Shown here in pieces: positions 19,561 to 29,689 of a stretch of DNA of 64,000 nt; within the stretch, counting starts at the first letter, position 1, and every line of letters starts with the position of its first letter. The stretch is from an uncultured Victivallales bacterium (GTDB lineage: Bacteria > Verrucomicrobiota > Lentisphaeria > Victivallales > UBA1829), in NCBI GenBank assembly GCA_944390795.1, contig CALXRI010000001.1, forward strand, positions 141,092 to 205,091, written 5' to 3'. The position numbers were made by a program, and so were the translations under genes. Below the pieces are notes generated by a model. It saw only the letters and a list, made by a program, of their open reading frames with translations, had not been told where the DNA came from and did not search any database.

Positions 19561-20126
19561 CTTTTCCCCTTTCCTTCTTCCTCCGCAGTGGAGTTTCCCT
19601 TTTCCGGTTTTGCAGTTTTCGCTCCCCGGACGCGCGCCTTCCGGAAAAATTCCTGCATAAGCGCCTTGCATTCAGGTTCCAGAACGCCTCCTCTGACCGC
19701 GACGTTGTGGAGCATTCCTTTGAATCCGGTCACATCCAGAGCGGAGCCGCATGCGCCGCAGCGCGGATCGGCAAGTCCGTAGACCACCCGTTCCACCCGC
19801 GCGTTCACCATTGCCCCGGCGCACATTGCGCAGGGCTCCTTTGTCACGAAAACCGTCACGCCGTCCATCCGCCAGTCGCCGATCGCATTCGCGGCGGCTG
19901 TCAGGACGAGAATTTCCGCGTGTGCCGTGGCGTCCTTGAGCATTTCAACCTGATTCCATGCTTTTGCAATCACCGCGCCGTCCTTGACCGCGACCGCGCC
20001 GACGGGAACTTCCCCTTCCGCCGCCGCGCGTTCGGCAAGACGCAGCGCCGCGCGCATATGGGATTCATCGGAAAACAGTCCGAAGGAATCCTCAGCGGAT
20101 GTCGAGCTCTTTTTTTCTGACTTCAT
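19557..20126 (-). CDS. tadA: tRNA adenosine(34) deaminase
   Basis: GEVPVGAV, DATAHAE, VTKEPCAMCAGA. Confidence 0.92.
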   Translation of the reverse strand: MKSEKKSSTSAEDSFGLFSDESHMRAALRLAERAAAEGEVPVGAVAVKDGAVIAKAWNQVEMLKDATAHAEILVLTAAANAIGDWRMDGVTVFVTKEPCAMCAGAMVNARVERVVYGLADPRCGACGSALDVTGFKGMLHNVAVRGGVLEPECKALMQEFFRKARVRGAKTAKPEKGNSTAEEEGKGKR

Positions 20127-21537
20127 CGATGGCTTCCTCTCCGTAAAGCGCGCGCAGCAGTTTCATGTTCATTTCGTAAAAGACCTGCGAATCGGGTTTT
20201 GTAATGACCTCTCCGCGGGAAAGCTCCAGCATGCGCCGCCGCTTCGCGGGATTGTCCAGATACAGTTCCAGATAGCGCGCCAGCGTCCGCGGGCTGAGTT
20301 CCTCGAATTCCTTCTGACCGAACGCCTCCACATAGTCCGCCGCGATTACGGACAGGAGATCCGGCGTGACATGTTTCATCCCGCGCGAAAGAAACAGATC
20401 CTCGATCATCTCCTGACAGCGGATCTCGTCGAAGAGCGGGAAGTTGAACACCCGCCCGCGGCTGGAGATGTTCGGCGGGAAACTGTAGTTCGAGGCAAGC
20501 ACCACCAGGATGTGGCCCGGCAGGGAGAATGATCCGCCGATATGGGTCCGGAAATAATACCAGTTGATCGCCCGCGTGTCGATATCGTCGAAGAACAGGA
20601 TGAATTTTCTGTTGCGGCAGGGTGTCAGTTTCGCAATCAGGCTCTCGAGCCCCTCCTGCAAATCCTCCGGACCTGCCAGAATGAGCGTCGTTTCCGGCGA
20701 TTTCAGCGCATAGGCAATCGTCATCTGGGTTTTTCCCAGTCCCGGCAGTCCGCTGACCAGAAGCGGCAGATTGTGTTTTCCCGCAACGAATGCGCTGAAA
20801 TGTTCGGAAAGCACGTGCCTGGCCTCCTTGTATCCGTAAAATTCCTCCGGCGCGCGGATGGATTTCAGGGCTACCGGCTGGAACTCTCCCCGGACATAAC
20901 GGAAGGTCCTTCCCGACGAGAAAATGTCGTTTTTCACGAAGCGCGCATCCAGCTCCATGGCGATTCCCTTCAGCGTGGAGCGCAGAAACAGCGAGGTGGA
21001 GAGCGAGAATTTCTTCACTTCCGGATTCAGGCGCGAGAGCTCCGGGATCCCTTCGGCATGGATCAGCGGCAGATAAAGCGAGAGCATCCGGTCGAATGCC
21101 TTTGCGAAATTCACCGCGTGACGCGCCGATGCGCCGATCACGGTATCGGGATTGTCCACGGCCTTGAGCATTTCCGGGGAAAAACGGATTGCCTGATTGA
21201 TCCGCATCAATGCCTCGAAAAGCGCGTCGTCCACGTTTTTGCGAAATGCCGCCGAAGAGCAGTGCAGGGCGATTTCATTCCATGCGTCAACGGAATCCGG
21301 AACATCGGAGGAGAGCGATTCCAGACGCGGCGAAATGGTCGCCGTGCCGAGGAGCGCAAGTTCTCCGCGCAGTTTTCCGAAGAGAATCCGGAATATCGCA
21401 AGCAGCTCCCGGTGTTCCCCTTCGCAGATTGTCCGCGCGGAGCCGTCCGCATTCATTTTTTCGAACAGAACGTGAAAGGAGGTTTCCGCTTTCGTCAGAG
21501 CGTCTTCCAGGGTCCGGATCTCGGATGATTCGTTCAT
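20092..21537 (-). CDS. AAA+ ATPase, DUF815-like, with N-terminal extension
   Basis: Walker A GLPGLGKT, Walker B KFILFFDD, VLASN. Confidence 0.7.
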   Translation of the reverse strand: MNESSEIRTLEDALTKAETSFHVLFEKMNADGSARTICEGEHRELLAIFRILFGKLRGELALLGTATISPRLESLSSDVPDSVDAWNEIALHCSSAAFRKNVDDALFEALMRINQAIRFSPEMLKAVDNPDTVIGASARHAVNFAKAFDRMLSLYLPLIHAEGIPELSRLNPEVKKFSLSTSLFLRSTLKGIAMELDARFVKNDIFSSGRTFRYVRGEFQPVALKSIRAPEEFYGYKEARHVLSEHFSAFVAGKHNLPLLVSGLPGLGKTQMTIAYALKSPETTLILAGPEDLQEGLESLIAKLTPCRNRKFILFFDDIDTRAINWYYFRTHIGGSFSLPGHILVVLASNYSFPPNISSRGRVFNFPLFDEIRCQEMIEDLFLSRGMKHVTPDLLSVIAADYVEAFGQKEFEELSPRTLARYLELYLDNPAKRRRMLELSRGEVITKPDSQVFYEMNMKLLRALYGEEAIDEVRKKELDIR

Positions 21538-21574
21538 GTCTTTCTCCGTGTTTCCGCCGTGAAGCGAAAGGGAA

Positions 21575-22891
21575 TCACTCCTGTTTCACGGCCTCTTTCA
21601 ACCGCGCGCTGATGCGCACGGAACAGAAGTCGGGCCCGCACATGGTGCAGTATTTCCCGTCATGCTTTTTTGCAATCTCCTCGGCGGAACTCTCGCGGAT
21701 GGCCTCGGCCCGGTAGGCGCGGGCGCGGTCCTCGTCCAGCGCGCAGGAGAACTGTTTGTCCCAGTCGAATTCCGCGCGGGCGTCGCTGATTGCGTCGTCG
21801 CGCCGGCGCGCGCCGGGCTTCCCAAGTCCGATGTCGGCGGCGTGCGCGGCGATCTTGAAGGCCACGACGCCCCGCCGGACATCCTCGTTGTTCGGCAGTC
21901 CGATGTGCTCCTTGGGCGTGACATAACAGAGCATCGCCGCTCCGTGATACGCGCCGAGCATGCCGCCCATCGAAGCGACGAGGTGGTCGTATCCGGGCGC
22001 GCAGTCGATGACGACGGGGCCGAGGATGTAGAACGGCGCGTCGCCGCAGACCTCCCGCTCCCGCTTCATGTTCATTTCGATTTCATTCATCGGAATGTGG
22101 CCGGGGCCTTCGACCATCGCCTGAACGCCGGCCTTGCGGCAGCGGAAAACCAGTTCCCCGAGGGTGTCGAGTTCCGCGAACTGCGCCTCGTCGCTGGCGT
22201 CCGCGAGACATCCCGGGCGCAATCCGTCGCCGAGGGAGAGTGTCACGTCGTATTTCAGGCAGATCTGAAGAATGTCGTCGAAAAACTCATAGAACGGATT
22301 CTCTTTACCGTGTTTCATCATCCATCCGGCGAGCAGCGCGCCTCCGCGGCTGACGATTCCGAGCTTCCGTTTCATGGCGAGCGGCACATATCTGCGAAGC
22401 AGCCCCGCATGAATCGTCATATAGTCGACGCCCTGACGCGCCTGCTCCTCAATGACCTGGAGCATCAGTTCGCGCCCGATTCCGTCGGCGCCCGCCCGGG
22501 CGACCATTTCGTACACGGAAACCGTCCCGACCGGAGCGGGGCACTTTGCCAGAAGGTCCGCGCGGATCTTCACGATGTTGCCGCCGGTGCTCAGGTCCAT
22601 CACCGTGTCCGCGCCGTATTTCAGCGCGGTCCGGAGTTTCTCCTGTTCCTCCTTCGGGCAGCTGGAGAGGGAGGAGTTTCCGATGTTGGCGTTGATCTTG
22701 GTCAGGAGCTCGCGCCCGATGCCGACCGGATCCAGATTCGCATGATTGACGTTTGCCGGGATGACGACCCGCCCGTCGGCGACCCGTTCGCGGATGAACT
22801 CTTCGCTGCGCCCCTCTTTTCCGGCAACGCGTTTCATCTGTTCGGTAATCTTTCCCTCCCTGGCAAGAAGGGCCTGCGTCAAGCCTGACAT
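21575..22891 (-). CDS. thiC: Phosphomethylpyrimidine synthase ThiC (short form)
   Basis: KINANIGNS, GADTVMDLSTG, SRGG, SLGDGLRPG, EGPGH, LCYVTPKEH, CTMCGPDFC. Confidence 0.95.
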   Translation of the reverse strand: MSGLTQALLAREGKITEQMKRVAGKEGRSEEFIRERVADGRVVIPANVNHANLDPVGIGRELLTKINANIGNSSLSSCPKEEQEKLRTALKYGADTVMDLSTGGNIVKIRADLLAKCPAPVGTVSVYEMVARAGADGIGRELMLQVIEEQARQGVDYMTIHAGLLRRYVPLAMKRKLGIVSRGGALLAGWMMKHGKENPFYEFFDDILQICLKYDVTLSLGDGLRPGCLADASDEAQFAELDTLGELVFRCRKAGVQAMVEGPGHIPMNEIEMNMKREREVCGDAPFYILGPVVIDCAPGYDHLVASMGGMLGAYHGAAMLCYVTPKEHIGLPNNEDVRRGVVAFKIAAHAADIGLGKPGARRRDDAISDARAEFDWDKQFSCALDEDRARAYRAEAIRESSAEEIAKKHDGKYCTMCGPDFCSVRISARLKEAVKQE

Positions 22892-24162
22892 GATAAATTC
22901 TCCTCCAAAAGTTTAATTGTCTTTTCCAATGCCCCGGCATGTCTGGAGACAGCCTCCTTCGCCTTTTTCCCGAGCCTGTGCCGCGCTTCGGGATCATCTG
23001 CCAGAGCTTCCACGGCGGAAGCCAGCTGCGCATCGGAAGCGATGCGCAGCACGCCGCCGTTCCGGCTCAGCGCGTCGAACGCCTGGCGGAAGTTCTTCAT
23101 TTCCGGGCCTGTGATGATTGTTTTTCCCAGGCTGGCTGGTTCAATGATGTTCTGTCCCTCGCAGTTCCCCGCGAAGGTTTTTCCCATCAGCACAATTTCC
23201 GAGGACTTGATGAATTTCAAAAGTTCGCCCGTCGTATCCGCAAGCAGACAGTCCACAAGAGAGGACGGCGGCGTTTTCGCGGTTCTCCGATGGTAGCGGA
23301 GCCCGGAAGCCTTCAGCATTTCCTCCAGTTCGTTTCCGCGCTCGGCGTGGCGCGGCACGATGACGAGTTTGAGTTCCGGACGGTGTCTGCGCGCTTTCAG
23401 AAAGGTTTCCAGAATCAGTTTTTCCTCCGGTGCGTGGGTGCTGCACGCGAGCAGCGCGAGAAAATTCTTCCCGAAGAACGGCGCAAGATCGATTCCCTCC
23501 AGATCCGGGGGCGGACACTGATCGAACTTGATGTTGCCGGTCACGACGACACGCGCTTCCGGCGCGACGGAAAGAAACCGTTCGCGGTCGAGTTCGGTCT
23601 GCACGCCGATCCGGTCGAAGGCCGACAGCACGGGCGCGAAGAAGGCGCGGAAACGCCGGTAGCCTCTGATGGAACGGTCGGAGAGCCGTGCATTCACGAG
23701 AAATACCTTCGCGCCGCTTTTTTTCGCCAGAAGCACCAGGTTCGGCCAGATTTCCGTCTCGAAAATCACCAGCGCCGACGGGCGGATCATCCGGAGCGCG
23801 GTGCGGACGAACATCCCCATGTCCACCGGACAGAAGAACACCTCGACTCCGGCGGGAACCTTGCTCCACGCGATTTCCTGTGCGGTCGTGGTGGTCGTGC
23901 TGAACACGAATTTCCGGTCCGGATGTTCCGCAATCCACTTCTTCAGCAGGGAGAGCGCCACATTGGTTTCCCCGACGCTGACTGCGTGAATCCAGACCGC
24001 CCCCTCCATGTTCCGGAGCGCGGCGCGCCGTTCCGGGGAAAAGATTCCGAAACGCTCCGGATAGTTGCGTTTCCTTCCCGGGCGACGGATCAGCTTGACG
24101 ATCAGTCCGGGCAGAAAAAACAAAAAGACCAGCGGAAAAAAGATTCTGTATAAGACGATCAT
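22879..24162 (-). CDS. waaA: 3-deoxy-D-manno-octulosonate (Kdo) transferase
   Basis: WIHAVSVGE, FETEIWPN, VNARLSDRS, GNIKFD, IVPRHAER, GQNIIEPA; alternative start at 24183. Confidence 0.95.
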   Translation of the reverse strand: MIVLYRIFFPLVFLFFLPGLIVKLIRRPGRKRNYPERFGIFSPERRAALRNMEGAVWIHAVSVGETNVALSLLKKWIAEHPDRKFVFSTTTTTAQEIAWSKVPAGVEVFFCPVDMGMFVRTALRMIRPSALVIFETEIWPNLVLLAKKSGAKVFLVNARLSDRSIRGYRRFRAFFAPVLSAFDRIGVQTELDRERFLSVAPEARVVVTGNIKFDQCPPPDLEGIDLAPFFGKNFLALLACSTHAPEEKLILETFLKARRHRPELKLVIVPRHAERGNELEEMLKASGLRYHRRTAKTPPSSLVDCLLADTTGELLKFIKSSEIVLMGKTFAGNCEGQNIIEPASLGKTIITGPEMKNFRQAFDALSRNGGVLRIASDAQLASAVEALADDPEARHRLGKKAKEAVSRHAGALEKTIKLLEENLSCQA

Positions 24163-24304
24163 TTCCGTTTGCTCACCTTCCATCGTTCCAAAAATGCGGT
24201 AATATATCTCCTGCGTCGATTATATGCAAACCCCGCTTGACCTGGAAACAAAGATGTGATATTGTTTTTATGAAATATTTTCAAAGAGGAAAGAGACTGC
24301 AACC

Positions 24305-25495
24305 ATGCTTCTGACATTTTTCAAAAACAGGAAACGCAGGAAACTGCTCAGGGAACTCCGGAACACCGTGCGCGGCACGCTGGCGGCCGACGACGACATC
24401 CTGGAGGACAAGACGAAAACCGAACTCTCCCTCTTGAAAAGCGAGCTCGATCAGGTCCGCCTCGCCGACACGGACGACGCCGCGCTCGCGGAATTCGACC
24501 GGAGGCTCGACCGCATTCTTCCCCGGCACGGCTTCGCCCATTCGATGCGCGCGTTTCTGGATGTGCTTGTCGTCGCCTGTTCCGTCGCCGGCGGGATCCG
24601 CGCGCTTTACATCCAGCCGTTCAAGATCCCGACCAGCAGCATGCAGCCGACGCTGTTCGGCATTCACTATATCGACCGGCAGCTTGCCGAACCGCATCTC
24701 GGACCCGTCACGCGCGCCGTGATGCCTCTTCAGGCGCGGCGTGCGAAACTTACCGTCGAGGAGGACGGCTTTCTCAGCGGTGACTACCGCATGAGGAATT
24801 CATATTTCATCTTCACGGATTCGGTTTTCAACATCGGAAACCGCACCTATGCTCTTCCGGGAGATCTTCTTCAGAACATCCGGCGCTATCTCGCCAAGAC
24901 CGGCGATTACTACGAGCGGGGCGAAACCTTCGCGGACGGCTGGCTCTCCACAGGCGACCATGTTTTCGTCGAGCGCCTCAGCATCCATTTCCGCGACATC
25001 CGGCGCGGCGACGTAATCGTCTTCACCACGGAAGGGCTTTCCTCTCCCGTACAGCCGCTCAGCGGATTCTACTACATCAAACGCCTTGCCGGACTGCCCG
25101 GCGACACGCTGAAAATCGAAAACAACATCCTGATGATCCGTCCGAAAGGCGAAAGCGCATTCCGGCCCGCATACGAGTTTTCGGAAAAATTCAACAAGCT
25201 GTATTCGTTCAAGGGCGGATATCAGGGGCACAGGGCGGACGGTCTGCTTGCACCGGGGCAGGAGATCACTGTGCCGGACAACCACTATTTCGTGCTGGGC
25301 GACAATACAAACCACAGTCTCGACGCGCGGATGATCGGGTTCATCCCGCGGAAAAACATCATCGGGCTGGCGGTTGCCATCTTCTGGCCGGTTTCGCGCC
25401 GCTGGGGCATCGTCGACCGTCTTCCGCCGCTTGACACGCCGACCGTCCTTCCGGACGATCCCCGTTTTCAGCCGACCGCGATGAGCATGCAGTAA
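24305..25495 (+). CDS. lepB: Signal peptidase I, long form with N-terminal extension
   Basis: QPFKIPTSSMQPTL (catalytic Ser), YIKRLAGLPGD (catalytic Lys), YFVLGDNTNHSLDAR. Confidence 0.92.
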   Translation: MLLTFFKNRKRRKLLRELRNTVRGTLAADDDILEDKTKTELSLLKSELDQVRLADTDDAALAEFDRRLDRILPRHGFAHSMRAFLDVLVVACSVAGGIRALYIQPFKIPTSSMQPTLFGIHYIDRQLAEPHLGPVTRAVMPLQARRAKLTVEEDGFLSGDYRMRNSYFIFTDSVFNIGNRTYALPGDLLQNIRRYLAKTGDYYERGETFADGWLSTGDHVFVERLSIHFRDIRRGDVIVFTTEGLSSPVQPLSGFYYIKRLAGLPGDTLKIENNILMIRPKGESAFRPAYEFSEKFNKLYSFKGGYQGHRADGLLAPGQEITVPDNHYFVLGDNTNHSLDARMIGFIPRKNIIGLAVAIFWPVSRRWGIVDRLPPLDTPTVLPDDPRFQPTAMSMQ

Positions 25496-25527
25496 TTGCA
25501 TCACAAATAAAAAACAAGGAGCCGATC

Positions 25528-26283
25528 ATGCCGAACAAACTGCCGGCCGGGAAAAAGTACAATTTCTTCATTGATGACAACATCTTTTTCTTCAACGACA
25601 TTCAGAAGCACTGCCCCCCTTCGGTCTTCGACAATTTTTATCTGGCCGGTCTCAGGAAGGCGCACGAGAAGTACGGGACGAAGTTCACGCTGAACTGTTT
25701 CTGGCGGAATTCGCACAATCCGGCCTTCGATCTGGGCCAGTTCCCGGACAAGTACCGTCCGGAGTTCGAACAGAACTCCTCCTGGCTGAAATTCGCCTTT
25801 CACGGTTTTGCGGAATTTCCCGAGTATCCGTATTCCCGCTCCTGCCCGGAACAGCTTCCCGCCCATTATGAGCTGCTGATGACGGAACTTGCCCGGATCG
25901 TCGGAAAGGATTCCCTGATCGCTCCGGTCATCATGCACTATTTCGAAGTCACGCCGGAGAACCGGATTTTCATGCGGAACCATGGAATGAAATTTTTTGC
26001 GGTTCCCCAGGGGGAAGCCATCGCATGGAACCGGGATTACGCCATGTACGACATGCCCGTGGATGCAATTCTGAATCTCTTCAAGGACGATATCTCCGGA
26101 ATCCGGGAACGGCTGCGGAGGCGCATCGCCGCCGGAAAAAACCTGATCTGCATCGGTTCCCACGAACAGTATGCCTGGCGGAGTTACTCCAACTATATTC
26201 CATCGTATTTCGAGGAGATCGACGCGGCTCTGGAGGTGATGGCGGAAAACGGTTATGAGAGCGTTTACTTCCATGAGCTGTAA
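25528..26283 (+). CDS. Hypothetical protein, polysaccharide-deacetylase-like barrel
   Basis: FFIDD, KFAFHG, GSHEQY motifs; GGAG RBS. Confidence 0.55.
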   Translation: MPNKLPAGKKYNFFIDDNIFFFNDIQKHCPPSVFDNFYLAGLRKAHEKYGTKFTLNCFWRNSHNPAFDLGQFPDKYRPEFEQNSSWLKFAFHGFAEFPEYPYSRSCPEQLPAHYELLMTELARIVGKDSLIAPVIMHYFEVTPENRIFMRNHGMKFFAVPQGEAIAWNRDYAMYDMPVDAILNLFKDDISGIRERLRRRIAAGKNLICIGSHEQYAWRSYSNYIPSYFEEIDAALEVMAENGYESVYFHEL

Positions 26284-26335
26284 GTCCGTGCAGGGAAAAT
26301 AATCGGTTCATTTTTCATCCTTTTCAGTTTTTTTC

Positions 26336-26364
26336 TGGACAAGCGGGAAAAACGGTGTTATAGT
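26336..26364 (+). promoter_or_regulatory. Sigma70 promoter of the aroQ-accBC operon (probably gives a leaderless mRNA)
   Basis: TGGACA-17-TATAGT with TG extended -10; ATG lies 7 nt downstream and no SD is present. Confidence 0.65.
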
Positions 26365-26371
26365 AAGCGCC

Positions 26372-26830
26372 ATGAAGGTTTTAGTATTGAACGGACCCAA
26401 CCTGCAGCTGCTCGGGCGCAGGAAAGTGGAAGTGTATGGGGTCGTGCCTCTTCCTGAGATTGAGGCCCGGCTGCGGGCTGTCGCGTCTGAACTCGGGGTG
26501 GAGATCGGTTTTCTGCAGAGCAATCACGAGGGGGTGCTCGTCGACGCCATCGCGCAGGCGCTGGCTGACGGCGTGGACGGTCTCGTCATCAACCCCGCCG
26601 CATATACGCATACGAGCGTCGCGATCCGGGACGCCATCGAGGGAGTCAAACTCCCGGCTGTGGAGATTCACCTGAGCAACATTCACGCGCGGGAGGGATT
26701 CCGCCATGATTCCCTGACCGCGCCGGTCTGTATCGGGCAGATCGCGGGACTGGGGGCTGACGGCTACGAGTGGGCGCTGCGCGCCCTTGTCAGATATATC
26801 AACAACAAAACAACAAAAGCACAAGGCTGA
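26372..26830 (+). CDS. aroQ: Type II 3-dehydroquinate dehydratase
   Basis: LNGPNLQLLG, QSNHEG, INPAAYTHTS, VEIHLSNIHARE. Confidence 0.97.
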   Translation: MKVLVLNGPNLQLLGRRKVEVYGVVPLPEIEARLRAVASELGVEIGFLQSNHEGVLVDAIAQALADGVDGLVINPAAYTHTSVAIRDAIEGVKLPAVEIHLSNIHAREGFRHDSLTAPVCIGQIAGLGADGYEWALRALVRYINNKTTKAQG

Positions 26831-26833
26831 GAG

Positions 26834-27355
26834 ATGAAAATTGAAGAGATAAAAACCATCGTCAAGCTCATGTCCGAAAACGATCTTACAGAGTTCAAAA
26901 TCGAGGCGGAGGACATGCATCTCTGCATCCGGAGAGGCAGTCAGCAGAGCGCCGCGATGGCTCCTCAGACCGTAATTGCCGCACCGGCGGTCGCCCCTGT
27001 TGCTGCGGCGCCTGCCGCCGCGCCTGCCGCTCCCGCGCCTGCCGCTCCCGCGCCTGCCGCTCCCGCGCCTGCCGCTCCCGCACCTGCCGCCGCTCCGGCT
27101 GGTGCCGGACCCGTGGACGCGAGCAAGATTGTGGAATCTCCCATTGTCGGAACGTTCTACCGCTCTTCCGCGCCGGGCGCGGATGCGTTTGTCAAGGTCG
27201 GATCGAAAGTTGACGCGGACACGACCGTCTGCATCATCGAGGCGATGAAGGTCATGAATGAAATCAAGGCGGAGAAGTCCGGCGTGATCAAGGAGATCCT
27301 CGTCGAGAACGGCCAGCCTGTCGAATTCGGCCAGCCCCTTTTCATTCTCGAATAA
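26834..27355 (+). CDS. accB: Acetyl-CoA carboxylase biotin carboxyl carrier protein
   Basis: [19 protein letters not shown] (biotinylated Lys), Ala/Pro linker. Confidence 0.97.
   Translation: MKIEEIKTIVKLMSENDLTEFKIEAEDMHLCIRRGSQQSAAMAPQTVIAAPAVAPVAAAPAAAPAAPAPAAPAPAAPAPAAPAPAAAPAGAGPVDASKIVESPIVGTFYRSSAPGADAFVKVGSKVDADTTVCIIEAMKVMNEIKAEKSGVIKEILVENGQPVEFGQPLFILE
27020..27079 (+). repeat. 15-bp tandem repeat encoding the accB APAAP linker
   Basis: GCGCCTGCCGCTCCC x4 plus degenerate flanking copies. Confidence 0.9.
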
Positions 27356-27386
27356 GACCAATGTTTTTACTTACCCCGGGTGAATT

Positions 27387-28769
27387 ATGTTCAATAAAAT
27401 CCTAATTGCCAACCGCGGCGAAATCGCGCTCCGCATCATCCGCGCGTGCAAGGAGATGGGAATCAAGACCGTCATCGCGTATTCGCAGGCCGACGAGGAT
27501 TCCCTGCCGGTCCGTCTCGCGGATCAGGCGGTCTGCATCGGAAGCGCGCCGTCCAGCGCAAGTTACCTGTTAATCGAACGGATCATCAGTGTCGGCGAAA
27601 TCTGCGACGTGGATGCGATCCATCCGGGATACGGCTTTCTTTCCGAGAACGCCCATTTCGCCGAAATCTGCAAAAGCTGCAACATCACCTTCATCGGCCC
27701 CGGTCCGGAGCAGATGCGCGCGATGGGCGACAAATCCAATGCGCGGGAGACCATGCGCAAGGCCGGCGTTCCGGTCACACCCGGAAGTCACGGCGTGATC
27801 AACACCGAGGAGGAGGCGCTCAAGGAGGCGCACGCCCTCAAGTATCCGGTCATTGTCAAGGCTTCCGCCGGCGGCGGCGGACGTGGAATGCGCATTGCGC
27901 ACAACGACCACAGTCTGATTCAGGGTTTCCATGCCGCGAAGACGGAGGCGGAAAGGGCCTTCGGCGACGGGGAGGTCTATATCGAGAAATACATTGAGAA
28001 TCCCCGTCATATCGAAGTGCAGATTCTGGCGGATTCCTACGGGAATGTCCTGCATCTCGGCGAACGCGACTGCAGTCTCCAGCGCCGACACCAGAAGCTG
28101 ATCGAGGAGTCCCCCTCTCCGGCGCTCAGCGCTTCGCTCCGCAGGAAAATGGGCGAGGCCGCCGTCAAGGCCGCAAAGGCCGCAAAATATGTCAGCGCCG
28201 GAACGATCGAGTTCCTTCTCGGGCCGAACGACCAGTTTTATTTCATGGAAATGAACACCCGCGTGCAGGTGGAACATCCGGTGACGGAAATGATTACCGG
28301 CGTGGACATCATCAAGGAGCAGATCCGGATTGCGGCCGGCGAGAAACTCTCTCTCACGCAGAAGAACGTGGCGTTCCGCGGCCATGCGATCGAATGCCGC
28401 ATCAATGCGGAGAATCCTTACAACAACTTTTCCCCGTGCCCCGGCCGGATCGAGTTCTATGCCGCGCCCGGCGGCCCCGGCGTCCGCGTGGATTCGCATG
28501 CCTACAACGGTTATCGCATTCCGCCGCATTACGACAGCATGATCGGAAAACTGATCGTCCACGGGGACACCCGCGCGGAGGCCATTGCGAAATGCCGCCG
28601 CGCCCTGGGCGAATATTTTATCGAGGGAGTCAAAACGACGATCCCGTTCGAGCAGTTCATCATCGACACCCGGGAGTTTATTGAAGGCCATTACGACACC
28701 GGGTTTATTGAACGGCTCATCAAGGGCGGACACTTCAACAAGCAGGATAAGAAAGAAAATCCGGCATAA
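27387..28769 (+). CDS. accC: Biotin carboxylase
   Basis: [49 protein letters not shown]. Confidence 0.98.
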   Translation: MFNKILIANRGEIALRIIRACKEMGIKTVIAYSQADEDSLPVRLADQAVCIGSAPSSASYLLIERIISVGEICDVDAIHPGYGFLSENAHFAEICKSCNITFIGPGPEQMRAMGDKSNARETMRKAGVPVTPGSHGVINTEEEALKEAHALKYPVIVKASAGGGGRGMRIAHNDHSLIQGFHAAKTEAERAFGDGEVYIEKYIENPRHIEVQILADSYGNVLHLGERDCSLQRRHQKLIEESPSPALSASLRRKMGEAAVKAAKAAKYVSAGTIEFLLGPNDQFYFMEMNTRVQVEHPVTEMITGVDIIKEQIRIAAGEKLSLTQKNVAFRGHAIECRINAENPYNNFSPCPGRIEFYAAPGGPGVRVDSHAYNGYRIPPHYDSMIGKLIVHGDTRAEAIAKCRRALGEYFIEGVKTTIPFEQFIIDTREFIEGHYDTGFIERLIKGGHFNKQDKKENPA

Positions 28770-28787
28770 CTCCAGGGAAGATGAAAA

Positions 28788-29219
28788 ATGGCAAGACTGA
28801 CATCCGGAACAACTTCCAGAAAACACGCTTCGGCAAGTTCCGTTGCGGAGCGCGGCACGCAGTACGGACAGATCAAAATCCATGAGGGCGCGATTGCCAC
28901 GATTGTCCGGAAGGCCGCCTGCGCGGTGCCCGGCGTCACGCGCATTACGGGAAACAGTTTCGTCGACAACATCGCCGAGATCGTCGGCAGCAAGAAGATT
29001 CAGGACCGGTCGATTCAGATCGCGATGAACAACGCTTCCGTGGCGGTGGAGCTTTCCATCAACATTCAGTACGGGGTTCAGCTTCCAGCGGTTGCGGCTG
29101 CGGTTCAGGATGTCGTGTCAAAGGAAATCAACGCGATTACGGGTCTGAATGTCACGAAAGTCAACGTGATCGTTCGTGAAATGGAAGACGCCGCCGACGA
29201 CGAGTCGGAAGAGCTGTAA
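28788..29219 (+). CDS. Asp23/Gls24 family protein (copy 1)
   Basis: GQIKIHEGAIATIVRKAA..VPGV..YGVQLP..VQ..ITGLNVTKVNVIV. Confidence 0.9.
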   Translation: MARLTSGTTSRKHASASSVAERGTQYGQIKIHEGAIATIVRKAACAVPGVTRITGNSFVDNIAEIVGSKKIQDRSIQIAMNNASVAVELSINIQYGVQLPAVAAAVQDVVSKEINAITGLNVTKVNVIVREMEDAADDESEEL

Positions 29220-29239
29220 GCAGAAGGAGATCATCATCC

Positions 29240-29668
29240 ATGAATAAGGAAGAGAAGAAGACCAGTCAGAGCATTCTCCCCGCGCAGGCCGCAATGGCGG
29301 AGGCGGCGCCCTGCTCCGGAACGGTGAAGGTTCATGAAAGCGTGATTGCCTCCATTGTTCGGAAGGCCGCCTGTGCGGTTCCCGGCGTTGTCCGCCTTGC
29401 GGGGAGCAGTCTTGTGGACAACCTTGCCGAGATTGTCGGCAGCAAGAGAATGTATGACCGCGCCATTTCCATCAGCATGGGCGAGAACTCCGTGCAGGTC
29501 GAAGTCAAGGTCATTCTTGCCTACGGGACGCATATTCCCGAGATCGCAGAAACGATCCAGCTTGTGGTGGTTGAGGAGATCACCCGGATTACAGGCATGC
29601 GGGTCTCCAAGGTCAATGTCGTCATTATCGACCTGGAAGACGGGCAGGAACAGAGTGATTCGGAATAA
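29240..29668 (+). CDS. Asp23/Gls24 family protein (copy 2)
   Basis: GTVKVHESVIASIVRKAA..VPGV..YGTHIPEIA..ITGMRVSKVNVVI. Confidence 0.9.
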   Translation: MNKEEKKTSQSILPAQAAMAEAAPCSGTVKVHESVIASIVRKAACAVPGVVRLAGSSLVDNLAEIVGSKRMYDRAISISMGENSVQVEVKVILAYGTHIPEIAETIQLVVVEEITRITGMRVSKVNVVIIDLEDGQEQSDSE

Positions 29669-29689
29669 CACACGGGACACAGCGGGCGT

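Noticed and set aside
19557-20126. tadA as part of the Tad pilus system
   Set aside because: Name coincidence only; this is the tRNA adenosine deaminase (HAE/PCxxC).
21575-22891. ThiC paralogue BzaA/B/F (benzimidazole synthesis)
   Set aside because: The motifs fit ThiC and there are no cobamide genes or B12 riboswitch nearby; it cannot be fully excluded without a phylogeny.
27020-27079. 15-bp repeat in accB as a novel element
   Set aside because: Ordinary Ala/Pro flexible linker of biotin carrier proteins.
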